Below, one piece after another: positions 42,472-51,270 of a stretch of 64,000 nucleotides of DNA. The notes under the pieces were generated by a model, which worked only from the letters and a program-made list of their open reading frames with translations, had not been told where the DNA came from and ran no database searches. The position numbers and the translations under genes were made by a program. This DNA comes from a virus, in IMG/VR virus record IMGVR_UViG_3300006175_000010, positions 3,150 through 67,149 of that record; one strand, written 5' to 3'. Each line of letters starts with the position of its first letter. Positions within the stretch are counted from its first letter, which is position 1.

Positions 42472-43605
42472 ATGACCCTACAAGATTCTATCCAGTCGAT
42501 ATTGACTTTACGGTACGACATACACCGTTCTCCCTTTTATACGCATAAGACACGACAGGATTTTGAGCCTTATGGAGAACCAGAAATTGGGTGGGTGCAG
42601 GAAACCAAGGAACGCCTAGAGGTTGCAATAAGAAATGAATTATCACAATATGATACCATAGGAATATCTCTTTCTGGTGGTATAGATTCTACTTTACTAT
42701 TGGGTATGCTCAGAACCATATACCCAAAGAAGAAAATTGAGGCAGTCCATGATACTTCATCCGGAGAGGAAGAATCAGTAATCAAACTTTGTGAGAAATA
42801 TAACATAACATTGACTTTAGAGAACAGGCAGAGTATAATATCCAACATACCAAAATATGTTGAAATAGCACAAGAACCCCGATGGAATGTATACCACCAT
42901 ATAATGGCTCGGTTATGCAAAATGAGAAACTGTGATGTAATGATAACCGGAGATGGTGCAGATGAACTTTTCGGTGGATATATCTTCAGGTATAAAAAAT
43001 ACTTTGAACTTGATTATGAATCCCCGACACAAAAATATCTGGATTGCCATATCAATGATTGGGTAGAAGACCAAGAGGATGTCTTTGTGAATGGTAGGGG
43101 GCTAATGAAAAAAATAGAAGACCATTTCAGACCTTATTGGGGGGAGAAATCAGAACGTATTTATGACGTTTACAGGGCAGATTATAACGGTAAGTTACTA
43201 CATGACTTTCTACCTGTCTCTTCAAAGATATCCAAGTACCATGGTATACCAATAGTAGCCCCATTCATGGAACTCCGGGATTGGGCTACACACATACCTT
43301 CCTTGGAGAAGATAAACTTCCAAATGAATGAGGGTAAGATGATCCTAAGAAAACTGCTAAAGGAATATAATCTACCAGTCCCACAAAAGAAGGTAGGATA
43401 TACAGTCCCAATGGTAGAAGATTTTAGATATAATGAGGAAATATACCATAAGCTGATGAAGAATATCCCTGATACCACTTGGGATTATATAAACAAGGAT
43501 TGGCTGATAAAGCACAAGTCCGAAAGGGAAGACCAAAGAGTTATAAATAAGTTTCTACAAATCCTTGCTGTTGGTTACTTCCTTCGAGGATCTAATAAAG
43601 CGTAG
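42472..43605 (+). CDS. asparagine synthase C-terminal-domain protein (N-type ATP pyrophosphatase, no glutaminase domain)
   Basis: SLSGGIDST, TGDGADELFGGY, APF, KMILRK. Confidence 0.85.
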   Translation: MTLQDSIQSILTLRYDIHRSPFYTHKTRQDFEPYGEPEIGWVQETKERLEVAIRNELSQYDTIGISLSGGIDSTLLLGMLRTIYPKKKIEAVHDTSSGEEESVIKLCEKYNITLTLENRQSIISNIPKYVEIAQEPRWNVYHHIMARLCKMRNCDVMITGDGADELFGGYIFRYKKYFELDYESPTQKYLDCHINDWVEDQEDVFVNGRGLMKKIEDHFRPYWGEKSERIYDVYRADYNGKLLHDFLPVSSKISKYHGIPIVAPFMELRDWATHIPSLEKINFQMNEGKMILRKLLKEYNLPVPQKKVGYTVPMVEDFRYNEEIYHKLMKNIPDTTWDYINKDWLIKHKSEREDQRVINKFLQILAVGYFLRGSNKA

Positions 43606-44359
43606 AGTAAAAATAGGCTATTTCACAAATTTCCTTAATGAAAGGGAAGGATTGGAGAACCATGAATCCGAAATGGGAAAAATTCCTTTTGACGCTAGGA
43701 TATATTGTGATGGTAAATATCCCGGGTTTCCATTAAAGGATATAAAATCTACCGATGGTTCTCTGGATGTAATTAAAAAAATGAAGAATGTTCATCTTAT
43801 ACAGCCAAATAAGGAAATCTCCGAAATGGATAAGAATAATCTATGCTTCCAAAAGGCGGCTGAACTGAATCTGGACTTTGTAATACAATGTGACGCTGAT
43901 GAATGGATAGAATTTTCCCGGGAAGACTTTATTGAATCATTTTCAGAGGAATGGGAAGGAGAAAATATCAACACCTTCCAGTTCTTGGTACGATTTACAA
44001 ATCATTACTCATCTCCACCGAGGATAGTAAACAAACTACCCAGATTATTCTTCAAGCCTCAAGTCCTATCCTGTAGAAACATACATTGGTGGTTCTATGC
44101 CTTGGATACCAGAATTACGGTAGACCCCATACTTACAATAGAAGGTATACATATGCACCATGATGATCGTGTAAGATCCCAAGCAAGAAATGAATTGATG
44201 AATAAATATCAGGATATCAACATACAAAGGGAAAAAGAGATACAGAAATCTCTTGCCGGGGCTACAGGAACTATCATATTAGACCATGTTTGTGATTATG
44301 ATCCCAAATTTCATAACTCGATGAAGTGTACCATTTGTCAAGGAGAACGCTTCAAATGA
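43565..44359 (+). CDS. glycosyltransferase family 2-like
   Basis: DG...STDGS, CDADEW, PRLF, IH motifs. Confidence 0.7.
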   Translation: MLLVTSFEDLIKRRVKIGYFTNFLNEREGLENHESEMGKIPFDARIYCDGKYPGFPLKDIKSTDGSLDVIKKMKNVHLIQPNKEISEMDKNNLCFQKAAELNLDFVIQCDADEWIEFSREDFIESFSEEWEGENINTFQFLVRFTNHYSSPPRIVNKLPRLFFKPQVLSCRNIHWWFYALDTRITVDPILTIEGIHMHHDDRVRSQARNELMNKYQDINIQREKEIQKSLAGATGTIILDHVCDYDPKFHNSMKCTICQGERFK

Positions 44360-44600
44360 ATATAGACAAGTATTATTATAATGATCCCATTAATCCAAAA
44401 GTCCATATGGATTTACACATACAACTAGCAAATAATGGATTTCTTAATCCATGTGAAACTATAGGAGTGAATAAACAATGAGAGTTACTTATAGAATACC
44501 AACAGTTAAATACATCCATTATGATATAGAACTTAGTAACATATTTCGTGATCATTATTGTGGAGAACTTGGCAAATGGTGGATTTTTGATGAAAGATAA
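44356..44600 (+). other. two MxIxR-like micro-ORFs (MNIDK, MRVTY) inside the glycan operon
   Basis: Coupled to both flanking genes. Confidence 0.65.
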
Positions 44601-45045
44601 GTTTGGATTCGGATATAAAAGGGATATGTTTGGACATTTATCCCGCAAGCCCAATAATTTTGGTATTGTAAAGGGGAAAGGTGTTGAAATAGGAAGACAT
44701 ACGTGTATTGACAGGGGTTCCTATAGGGATACAAAAATAGGCGATTATACTAAACTGGACAATCTAACACACGTAGGTCATAATACCATAATAGGAAAAG
44801 AATGTCTTATTGTAGCCGGAAGTGTTATAGGTGGTTCTGCGGTAATAGGGGATTATTGTTATATAGGGATGAATTGTTCCATATTAGATCATATAACCAT
44901 AGGAAACCATTGTATCATAGGAGCGGGGTCTGTAGTAACAAAAAACGTTCCAGCAAATTCAATTTGGGCAGGAAACCCAGCGAAACCAATAAAAACAACT
45001 TTAACCCCCGAAGAAAGATTCCAAATGTGTGGTATTAGGGAATGA
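44590..45045 (+). CDS. left-handed beta-helix acyltransferase (LpxD/LpxA-like)
   Basis: IDRGSYRDTKIG...KLDNLTHVGHN; hexapeptide repeats; GNPAK. Confidence 0.85.
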   Translation: MKDKFGFGYKRDMFGHLSRKPNNFGIVKGKGVEIGRHTCIDRGSYRDTKIGDYTKLDNLTHVGHNTIIGKECLIVAGSVIGGSAVIGDYCYIGMNCSILDHITIGNHCIIGAGSVVTKNVPANSIWAGNPAKPIKTTLTPEERFQMCGIRE

Positions 45046-45197
45046 AAATAACTAAAGAGTTTTGGGGTGTAAGAGATATAATATTACCACCATCAATAGT
45101 TTTGACTGTATATATGTTTGTACATAGTAATGCTGATTGTGTTGCCTTTGATTTTCAAAAACATGGATTTTATCAGTTTAGAGATATAGATTGGTAA
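45042..45197 (+). CDS. MxIxR-family microprotein (MKITKEFW..., 51 aa)
   Basis: ATGA overlap with acyltransferase stop. Confidence 0.6.
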   Translation: MKITKEFWGVRDIILPPSIVLTVYMFVHSNADCVAFDFQKHGFYQFRDIDW

Positions 45198-45232
45198 AAA
45201 ACGCTTAAATAGTCAATATTATAAATGGTTGT

Positions 45233-45487
45233 ATGGAAATTTTTAGTTTAATTGGTATTATAGGCGGTATTTTGGGTGTAGTCCTATATATGCCACAAAT
45301 CATCAAAATACTAAAAACCAAAAGTGCAAAGGACTTGTCCATATGGACTTGGGTTGTAATACTAGCCAATGACATCCTATGGTCTATTTGGGGATTGGGT
45401 ACAGGTAATGTAGTAGTTTGGGTACCTAACAGTATAGCAACAATATTGTCTATTTTGACATTGGTGTTGAAATTCAGGTATGGATGA
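45233..45487 (+). CDS. SemiSWEET/PQ-loop transporter
   Basis: Three TM helices, MPQIIKILKTKSAKDLS, W..WG, N. Confidence 0.85.
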   Translation: MEIFSLIGIIGGILGVVLYMPQIIKILKTKSAKDLSIWTWVVILANDILWSIWGLGTGNVVVWVPNSIATILSILTLVLKFRYG

Positions 45488-46112
45488 AAACTATCTTAAA
45501 GGCAAAAGGATAGCAATATTTGAAGCCCATCCGGATGATCTTGAGTTAGGATGTGGTGGATTATTAACCAGACTGTCAAAATCCAATAAGATAGACATAA
45601 CATGTTTTTCTTCTGCCAATAATGTAAGGGGTAATCTAAACATAGAGGATGAATTCTGGAAATCCATGAAGCACTTCGGAACTACACTAAGGACTTGTTG
45701 TTATAATGATATTCCTACCATGCAGTTCTTCAAGTTTGAGGATGTGATAAAAGACAGGTTATATTACACCAAAGTACACTTTAAACCGGATGTTATCATA
45801 ACTACCAACCCCAAGGCTCATAATAGGGATCATAGTGTGCTAGGTCAATGTGTCATGAATGTATTTCAGGAGCAGACCATATTATTCTTTGAGGATATTA
45901 GGGGTGGACAAGACCATAGACCTGATGTTTATGTTAAATTGTCTTCCGATGAATTTGTATCCAAGATGAAAGCCATATCCTTTTATGATACACAGAGAAA
46001 ACAGAGGGATTATTTTAAGCCTGATAAAATATCATCCATGGCGTTATATAGAGGATCACAGATAGGGGAAATTTATGTTGAGACCTTCGAGGTCGGACGG
46101 ATAGTTATCTAA
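45480..46112 (+). CDS. PIG-L/LmbE family deacetylase
   Basis: AHPDDLELGCGG, HNRDH. Confidence 0.88.
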   Translation: MDENYLKGKRIAIFEAHPDDLELGCGGLLTRLSKSNKIDITCFSSANNVRGNLNIEDEFWKSMKHFGTTLRTCCYNDIPTMQFFKFEDVIKDRLYYTKVHFKPDVIITTNPKAHNRDHSVLGQCVMNVFQEQTILFFEDIRGGQDHRPDVYVKLSSDEFVSKMKAISFYDTQRKQRDYFKPDKISSMALYRGSQIGEIYVETFEVGRIVI

Positions 46113-46342
46113 GGCTGATAGGTTATAGAATAATTAACAGTATTTCCAAACGGTTGTATACTTGAAGTTCAATTATACCAAATTGTAGGTGTGGTGACAT
46201 ATTTCAAGAAAGGAATACCATATTTACCTAGTTCTTCTTGGATTGTTTTTTCCAAGTCTGCTATATCTTTTTCTAGTTTACCTTTCTTTGTTTTCAAGTC
46301 CGATAGTTTTTTAAGGTATTCTTCTAGAGACATGATGGAATA

Positions 46343-46723
46343 TTACTCTTGGGATATTAATAAACCTTTCGGTAGAAATTCTTTATGCTTGACTTCTCCG
46401 GTCTCCTTGTTTACATTAATGAATAAAATAGGTAGATTCCTAGCCCATTCTGTCTGAAAAGTAGTATGTTTTTTGATGGAATCCCAAGCATCTGTTTTTA
46501 CTTGTATACCATATATCATTCTTTTCCAAGAACATAAACCATCAAAATTATTAAAAATATCTTGCGCCTTATAGGCATAATCTCTCATGTATACAGTTGT
46601 TGGAAACCTATAATGTGGTTTCAAGTATACATGCTGTGCATTAAGGGTATCTCTTAAATAAGCAATGGCTTTTTCGTTTGAATCCTGCATTATTTCTCTA
46701 GTAGATTTCTTTTTCATCTCCAA
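46343..46723 (-). CDS. PD-(D/E)xK nuclease, Holliday junction resolvase-like
   Basis: DIFNNFDGL...GIQVKT. Confidence 0.6.
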   Translation of the reverse strand: MEMKKKSTREIMQDSNEKAIAYLRDTLNAQHVYLKPHYRFPTTVYMRDYAYKAQDIFNNFDGLCSWKRMIYGIQVKTDAWDSIKKHTTFQTEWARNLPILFINVNKETGEVKHKEFLPKGLLISQE

Positions 46724-46962
46724 TTTACTCCTATACCAGAATCATATGATCTAACACCTTGAGGGCATGAACACCTGTAATCATCTTCTAATTTAAAACA
46801 ATGTGATATTCTCAAAGAAGACCACAAACATCTGGTATTTTATGGTCACAATCACATACCTTTACAGACCAGTAATTATCACAGTCACAACATTTAAATT
46901 CCTGACAGGACTGACATTTTGGCATACAAAAAATAGGGAGAAGTTATATAAAAGTTTTTTTG

Positions 46963-47148
46963 TCAATCAAGTAGAATGAACTTACCCTTTATTCCCTTTT
47001 GAAGTTCTAGTTGATATAATAGAAATCCTGCGGCTCGTGTATCTAATATCTGTTCTTTTGGTACCTGATTGTCCATCCATGAAACTTTTAACATGTATGG
47101 TATATTTGGATTGGTTAAAGACATAGAGAACCTTCTTTCTACAGGCAA
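46963..47148 (-). CDS. hypothetical protein
   Basis: 61 aa. Confidence 0.45.
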   Translation of the reverse strand: MPVERRFSMSLTNPNIPYMLKVSWMDNQVPKEQILDTRAAGFLLYQLELQKGIKGKFILLD

Positions 47149-47175
47149 ACTATAAAAGTATTTCGGAAAAAATAA

Positions 47176-47664
47176 TTATACTTTTTTACGCCAAACACAC
47201 AAACAATATCTGTTTCTTGATGAGAATTTTGAAATTTCTCCATTAAAAATGAATTTTGGTGTTGGGTAGACAGGATACATTTCTACATTGCTGTCATTCC
47301 AAATATGCTGTATTCCAGCCTTTGTTATGGTACTATGTATGGGAATTAACATCATGATGTTTAGATTATGTTTATTATATTGTTCTGCCGCTTTTGTTAT
47401 AAATTTTGAGGCTTTAGATTGTGGAGGATTACAGAAAATACCAGTTTTCTTTGTTCCAGCCTTAATTAACCATTCCTGTTTTAATGCGTCATCTTCCTTA
47501 GTAAAGAAATACTTACATAAATGATATCTTATGGTAGCGGCTACATCCAATCTAGGAGTTAAGTTAGCAAGTATACATAATTTTCTATAAAGTGATTTAG
47601 GAGTGTAATGTTCATCCGACTTGGACTTGTCACTTCTAGGACGTTGATGTAGTTGTTGTTTCAT
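47176..47664 (-). CDS. phage-type DNA N6-adenine methyltransferase
   Basis: DEHYTP, LDVAA, DDALKQEW, FCNPPQS (NPPY variant). Confidence 0.8.
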   Translation of the reverse strand: MKQQLHQRPRSDKSKSDEHYTPKSLYRKLCILANLTPRLDVAATIRYHLCKYFFTKEDDALKQEWLIKAGTKKTGIFCNPPQSKASKFITKAAEQYNKHNLNIMMLIPIHSTITKAGIQHIWNDSNVEMYPVYPTPKFIFNGEISKFSSRNRYCLCVWRKKV

Positions 47665-48295
47665 CTTCTATCCCAATGTACCATATAGGAAGCACTCTTA
47701 TGATCCCAATCATTACAAACATCTGGATATTTTCTTTTATCAGTCCATTTAGTAAGACAATACCAACATCTAATGAATCTCATCAGTCTTCACTGGTTTT
47801 TGTAGGACTTCCTAAACGCATCCTAGCGGCTTTGCGGAATTCTTCCATATAGTTATCAGGTAGTTTTGGTCTACACTCTGTACATAGTTTTAGTAGTTTG
47901 GAATCATAATTGTTAAGGATACATCCACATTTACGGCATAATACCCATTCTTTTCTCAATATTTTTCCAACCATCCATGAACAAACAATGTAGCATTTTT
48001 GGTAAATATGGGATTAAAGGCAGTTACGAATACTCCACCATGAACACAATCTAAACGTTTAATAGTCATTGATATAGACCCCAATGTACGAATACTCCGC
48101 AGGAAGGTATACTATATTTGTTACCAAAGTGACAACTTCCATAAGGGCATGAATCAGATTTATTTCTATAAACTTTCATTTTCTTATCAGATTCCAGTGA
48201 ATAAACATCCCTCTCAACATTCGCATTTCGAAATTTGGATGGACTGAACCTTTTTTACAACTATCTGTTACAGGATCACATCTGATTATATTCAC
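47661..48295 (-). other. micro-ORF array MNIIR, MKVYR, MTIKR, (Zn ORF 47783-47974), MRFIR; the four MxIxR ORFs have Cys and a C-terminal [IV]H[WG]
   Basis: Hand translation; ATGA junctions. Confidence 0.7.
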
Positions 48296-48332
48296 AACAC
48301 TTGAAGAACCTAGTAATATATTAACCTTTATG

Positions 48333-48473
48333 CTACCAAAAATTACCCTTGTCTGAACAATCTAGATGTGATCCACAATTTGTACATATTAGGTGGCATG
48401 TCTGCAATCTAGACATTTTAAAGTTACACCTTGGACATGTAACTGGTGAATCTCCCTTTTTCATCTCTTGCAT
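48333..48473 (-). CDS. small Zn-ribbon protein (46 aa)
   Basis: MQEMKKGDSPVTCPRCNFKMSRLQTCHLICTNCGSHLDCSDKGNFW. Confidence 0.7.
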   Translation of the reverse strand: MQEMKKGDSPVTCPRCNFKMSRLQTCHLICTNCGSHLDCSDKGNFW

Positions 48474-48849
48474 CTATTCTTCCATCCTTAATCATATGAC
48501 ATTTTCTACATAACCATTCCCAATCAGTTAAATCTCTCTTATATTCTTGACTTATATTAGCCAAATCAATCCATCCTTTTTTATGACAATTTTCACAGAC
48601 TTTAGGTTTTGGTTTATATCTTTTGACCCATTCATGCAATGCCTTTAACCCAACTTCATCTCCCTTCCATAATGGATTTTTCTTTCCTAATTTAGATAGG
48701 GAGTATTTTATTTTCTGTTCGGGTGTTCTTTTTTTCCCTAATCCGGATTTAGACATGTTTTCTCGCCACTCCTTAGAAAATAGTGGTCTTTTCTTCCCTT
48801 GTAATGCTTCACTTAGATGTCTTCTATGTTCTTGAGTGAAAATAACCAT
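48424..48849 (-). CDS. NUMOD3-HNH homing endonuclease
   Basis: Three NUMOD3-like repeats; CENC...LAN...WEWLCRKCH. Confidence 0.85.
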   Translation of the reverse strand: MVIFTQEHRRHLSEALQGKKRPLFSKEWRENMSKSGLGKKRTPEQKIKYSLSKLGKKNPLWKGDEVGLKALHEWVKRYKPKPKVCENCHKKGWIDLANISQEYKRDLTDWEWLCRKCHMIKDGRIDARDEKGRFTSYMSKV

Positions 48850-48864
48850 AAATATACTTCAATA

Positions 48865-48972
48865 TCAATCATTTAAACTTTTAGAGAATGAACATATGCT
48901 ACAGAACATATGACAAGACTGAATAGGAACCATTTTCCTGTCACACTTGGGGCATTTTATTATTTCTTGCAA
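48865..48972 (-). pseudogene. 3'-truncated paralog of the 48333-48473 Zn ribbon
   Basis: MQEIIKCPKCDRKMVPIQSCHMFCSICSFSKSLND*. Confidence 0.5.
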
Positions 48973-48977
48973 TTTTA

Positions 48978-49282
48978 CTAAGGATAATATTTATGAGTAT
49001 AAAAATTATATGTTTTTCCGGTATTAAACATACTTTTTACGAGCATTAACTGGTTATATCTATCAGATACTCGTATATTGATTGCTTCACCCATTTCGTA
49101 ATCATATTTATGGATATTCATAGTTTATCGTAATCTACACGCCATAATTCTAACCTAGCAAAATCTTTGGCAAGTTGTCTTCCACCAGAAATTAAACATC
49201 TATTACTTATTATCAAGGTTGTATATCTTGTATTTTCAATACCTTTCAACTCATGTGTATAATAACTGTTATCTATATTCAT
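48978..49282 (-). other. two MxIxR-like micro-ORFs (MNIDN, MNIHK)
   Basis: ATGA-coupled to the wHTH gene and to each other. Confidence 0.6.
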
Positions 49283-49539
49283 TTCTTGAAATAGATTCTA
49301 CTCTTTCTGGTTATTCCTTTGGATACCTGAATATCCTTTAACTCTGATTTTACCAGATTCTTTTCTTCTAAAACAGCAAGCCTTTTTTCTGCGGAATTTC
49401 TGGTTATTTTGAAATATCTTGCTATTGCCTGTGAGTTTACCCTTCTACCACTGTTTATCAGGTTTAATATCTCATCATTGAGATTTCCCCTTTCTACAAT
49501 CTCTGGGAAATCACTATATGATAGGCTTAGTTTTTTCAT
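49279..49539 (-). CDS. winged-helix DNA-binding protein
   Basis: SQAIARYFKITRNSAEKRLAVLEEKNLV. Confidence 0.75.
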   Translation of the reverse strand: MKKLSLSYSDFPEIVERGNLNDEILNLINSGRRVNSQAIARYFKITRNSAEKRLAVLEEKNLVKSELKDIQVSKGITRKSRIYFKK

Positions 49540-50396
49540 TAGAATTCAAGCACCGATGGTTTTATATCAATATCTATGATATATGGTTCTATAATAATCT
49601 TACCGTTGGATTCCACTATGACTTCAACCATTCCTATGTTTGGAGCGGTTCCACCCATACCATGTCTGAACAAGTGACCATCTGGGAACTTCCAAGCAGG
49701 AGTAATAAATCCTTCACTGTGAGGGAATTGCAACCTAAGATAATAATGAACATGTCCTCTGGTTATAACGTCAAATTTATGGTATTCATTTTGGTTTAGT
49801 TTGGTAAATACCATTTCACTCGCTAGTGGTGTAGAACGATACATCTCTTTCTTGCTGTGTCCTACATGGTGTGTCATGTTGAACAGTTTGCCATGTATTC
49901 TGAATAATGCAAAGTAATCTGTAAGTGCCGCCTGAGTCTTTTTAGCATTAGGTGTAACTTCCTCAGAATAATATGCACGGTATCTTCTAGCACCTATTTT
50001 TCTTGCAACAAGTTCATCAAAGTTTGTTGCACCACGGGTTACATGGTAACCTGAACCTCTGGTCATTACTATGTTTTCAGCACCAAACATCTTGAACAGT
50101 TCACAAGCATTTTCAGCCTGATCATTGAAGTTCGTAGTCCATGATTGGACTCCAATCTGCTTGAAGTTGTCTCCATCTACTGGTTCACCATTTATTCCAA
50201 GAACCAGTGGTTTTTTGGTTATTCTATCAAGACATTCTTCCCATCCAGAAAATAATTTTCTTTGTAAACGATTAGGATCTAAAGACTGGTCATTATCAGA
50301 ATTAAACATGTAATCCGGATGACATACTGCCATGGATGAACCTACATGTATATCAGAAATAAAAACTGCATTTTTGGAACTTGTCTTTCGTGCCAC
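49539..50396 (-). CDS. calcineurin-like metallophosphoesterase
   Basis: ISDIHVG, NGEPVDG, GSGYH, H, RGHVH. Confidence 0.8.
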   Translation of the reverse strand: MARKTSSKNAVFISDIHVGSSMAVCHPDYMFNSDNDQSLDPNRLQRKLFSGWEECLDRITKKPLVLGINGEPVDGDNFKQIGVQSWTTNFNDQAENACELFKMFGAENIVMTRGSGYHVTRGATNFDELVARKIGARRYRAYYSEEVTPNAKKTQAALTDYFALFRIHGKLFNMTHHVGHSKKEMYRSTPLASEMVFTKLNQNEYHKFDVITRGHVHYYLRLQFPHSEGFITPAWKFPDGHLFRHGMGGTAPNIGMVEVIVESNGKIIIEPYIIDIDIKPSVLEF

Positions 50397-50437
50397 TAGG
50401 GATTAATAATTATACATCTATTTAAATGTATCTTGGA

Positions 50438-50530
50438 TTAACAGCAACCACAGTCAGAATCGTTTTTTGAACAATCCTTGGAGTTTTGACAGTCACATTC
50501 CCCACAGTTGCATGATGGTGTATTTGCCAT
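50438..50530 (-). CDS. metallothionein-like peptide (30 aa, 8 Cys)
   Basis: MANTPSCNCGECDCQNSKDCSKNDSDCGCC; TTAAATAT box upstream. Confidence 0.55.
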   Translation of the reverse strand: MANTPSCNCGECDCQNSKDCSKNDSDCGCC

Positions 50531-50569
50531 AGCAACATTTATAAAGAACAACCTATATTTAATAATTAC

Positions 50570-50890
50570 ATGGTCAATAAGATAAAACCAGAGAACGAGA
50601 ATACTACGATAGCAATATCAAAGATACTCAAAGCCAAGTTAAGATTCTATGCGGCACCTACAAAGATAACAAAGATGGGGCAATGTTATGAATCAGATGA
50701 TAAAGTCCTTGCTAGAATATTGAAAGAATATATGGAGACCCATAAACTAGAGAATCCCGTTCCACATTCAACTTATCCTCAACAGGCTCAGGAAGTGAAA
50801 GAAAAAGTAGAAAAAACCATCAATCCACCTAGTACAGTTCCAGATGTAGAACTTGATATTGATAGTATAATGAATCCTAGTACATTTTAG
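50570..50890 (+). CDS. putative RHH-like DNA-binding protein
   Basis: TTIAISK.LK..L...ES.D.VL.RIL pattern. Confidence 0.5.
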   Translation: MVNKIKPENENTTIAISKILKAKLRFYAAPTKITKMGQCYESDDKVLARILKEYMETHKLENPVPHSTYPQQAQEVKEKVEKTINPPSTVPDVELDIDSIMNPSTF

Positions 50891-50893
50891 GAT

Positions 50894-51130
50894 ATGCATG
50901 TTACAGCAAGTCCAGAGGGATTAGTGAAGGAAACCACTGAATCAATAGAGGAAATTTTATACAGGATGTGTCATACTAATAACATGTATGGTAAATATGA
51001 TCCCACTGAAGATCAGATACGACTTAATGCATTATATCAACTTTTACAAAAAAATAGAAATGCATCAGGAGCAAGAGGTTATTATAAACCTAAATTGGAA
51101 TTTATAGATACTAGTAGCCCTCAAACTTAG
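50894..51130 (+). CDS. hypothetical protein
   Basis: 78 aa. Confidence 0.55.
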   Translation: MHVTASPEGLVKETTESIEEILYRMCHTNNMYGKYDPTEDQIRLNALYQLLQKNRNASGARGYYKPKLEFIDTSSPQT

Positions 51131-51270
51131 GCTTTTTAGTAGGAACTCCATGTTTTGCTATATACAAGTTCCTGCAATTAGAATCACAGTATAACCTCTT
51201 TGTACCCTTGTAGCGGTCAGGTAGTTGGGAGTTGCATTGTAAGCAGTTACCGTTTTCTTCCCTAGCCATA
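51111..51270 (-). CDS. small Zn-finger protein
   Basis: CLQC...YCDSNCR; start approximate (MAREEN). Confidence 0.55.

Noticed and set aside
42472-43605. Lasso-peptide cyclase with the micro-ORFs as precursors
   Set aside because: The enzyme lacks a glutaminase domain like lasso cyclases, but no transglutaminase-like peptidase or PqqD/RRE is visible, the peptides lack lasso leader features, and its neighbours are glycan enzymes.
15229-49282. Stop-codon reassignment as the explanation for the fragmented ORF landscape
   Set aside because: Successive micro-ORFs change frame at ATGA overlaps, use all three stops, and each restarts with the same N-terminal motif; large genes also end in TAA, TAG and TGA.
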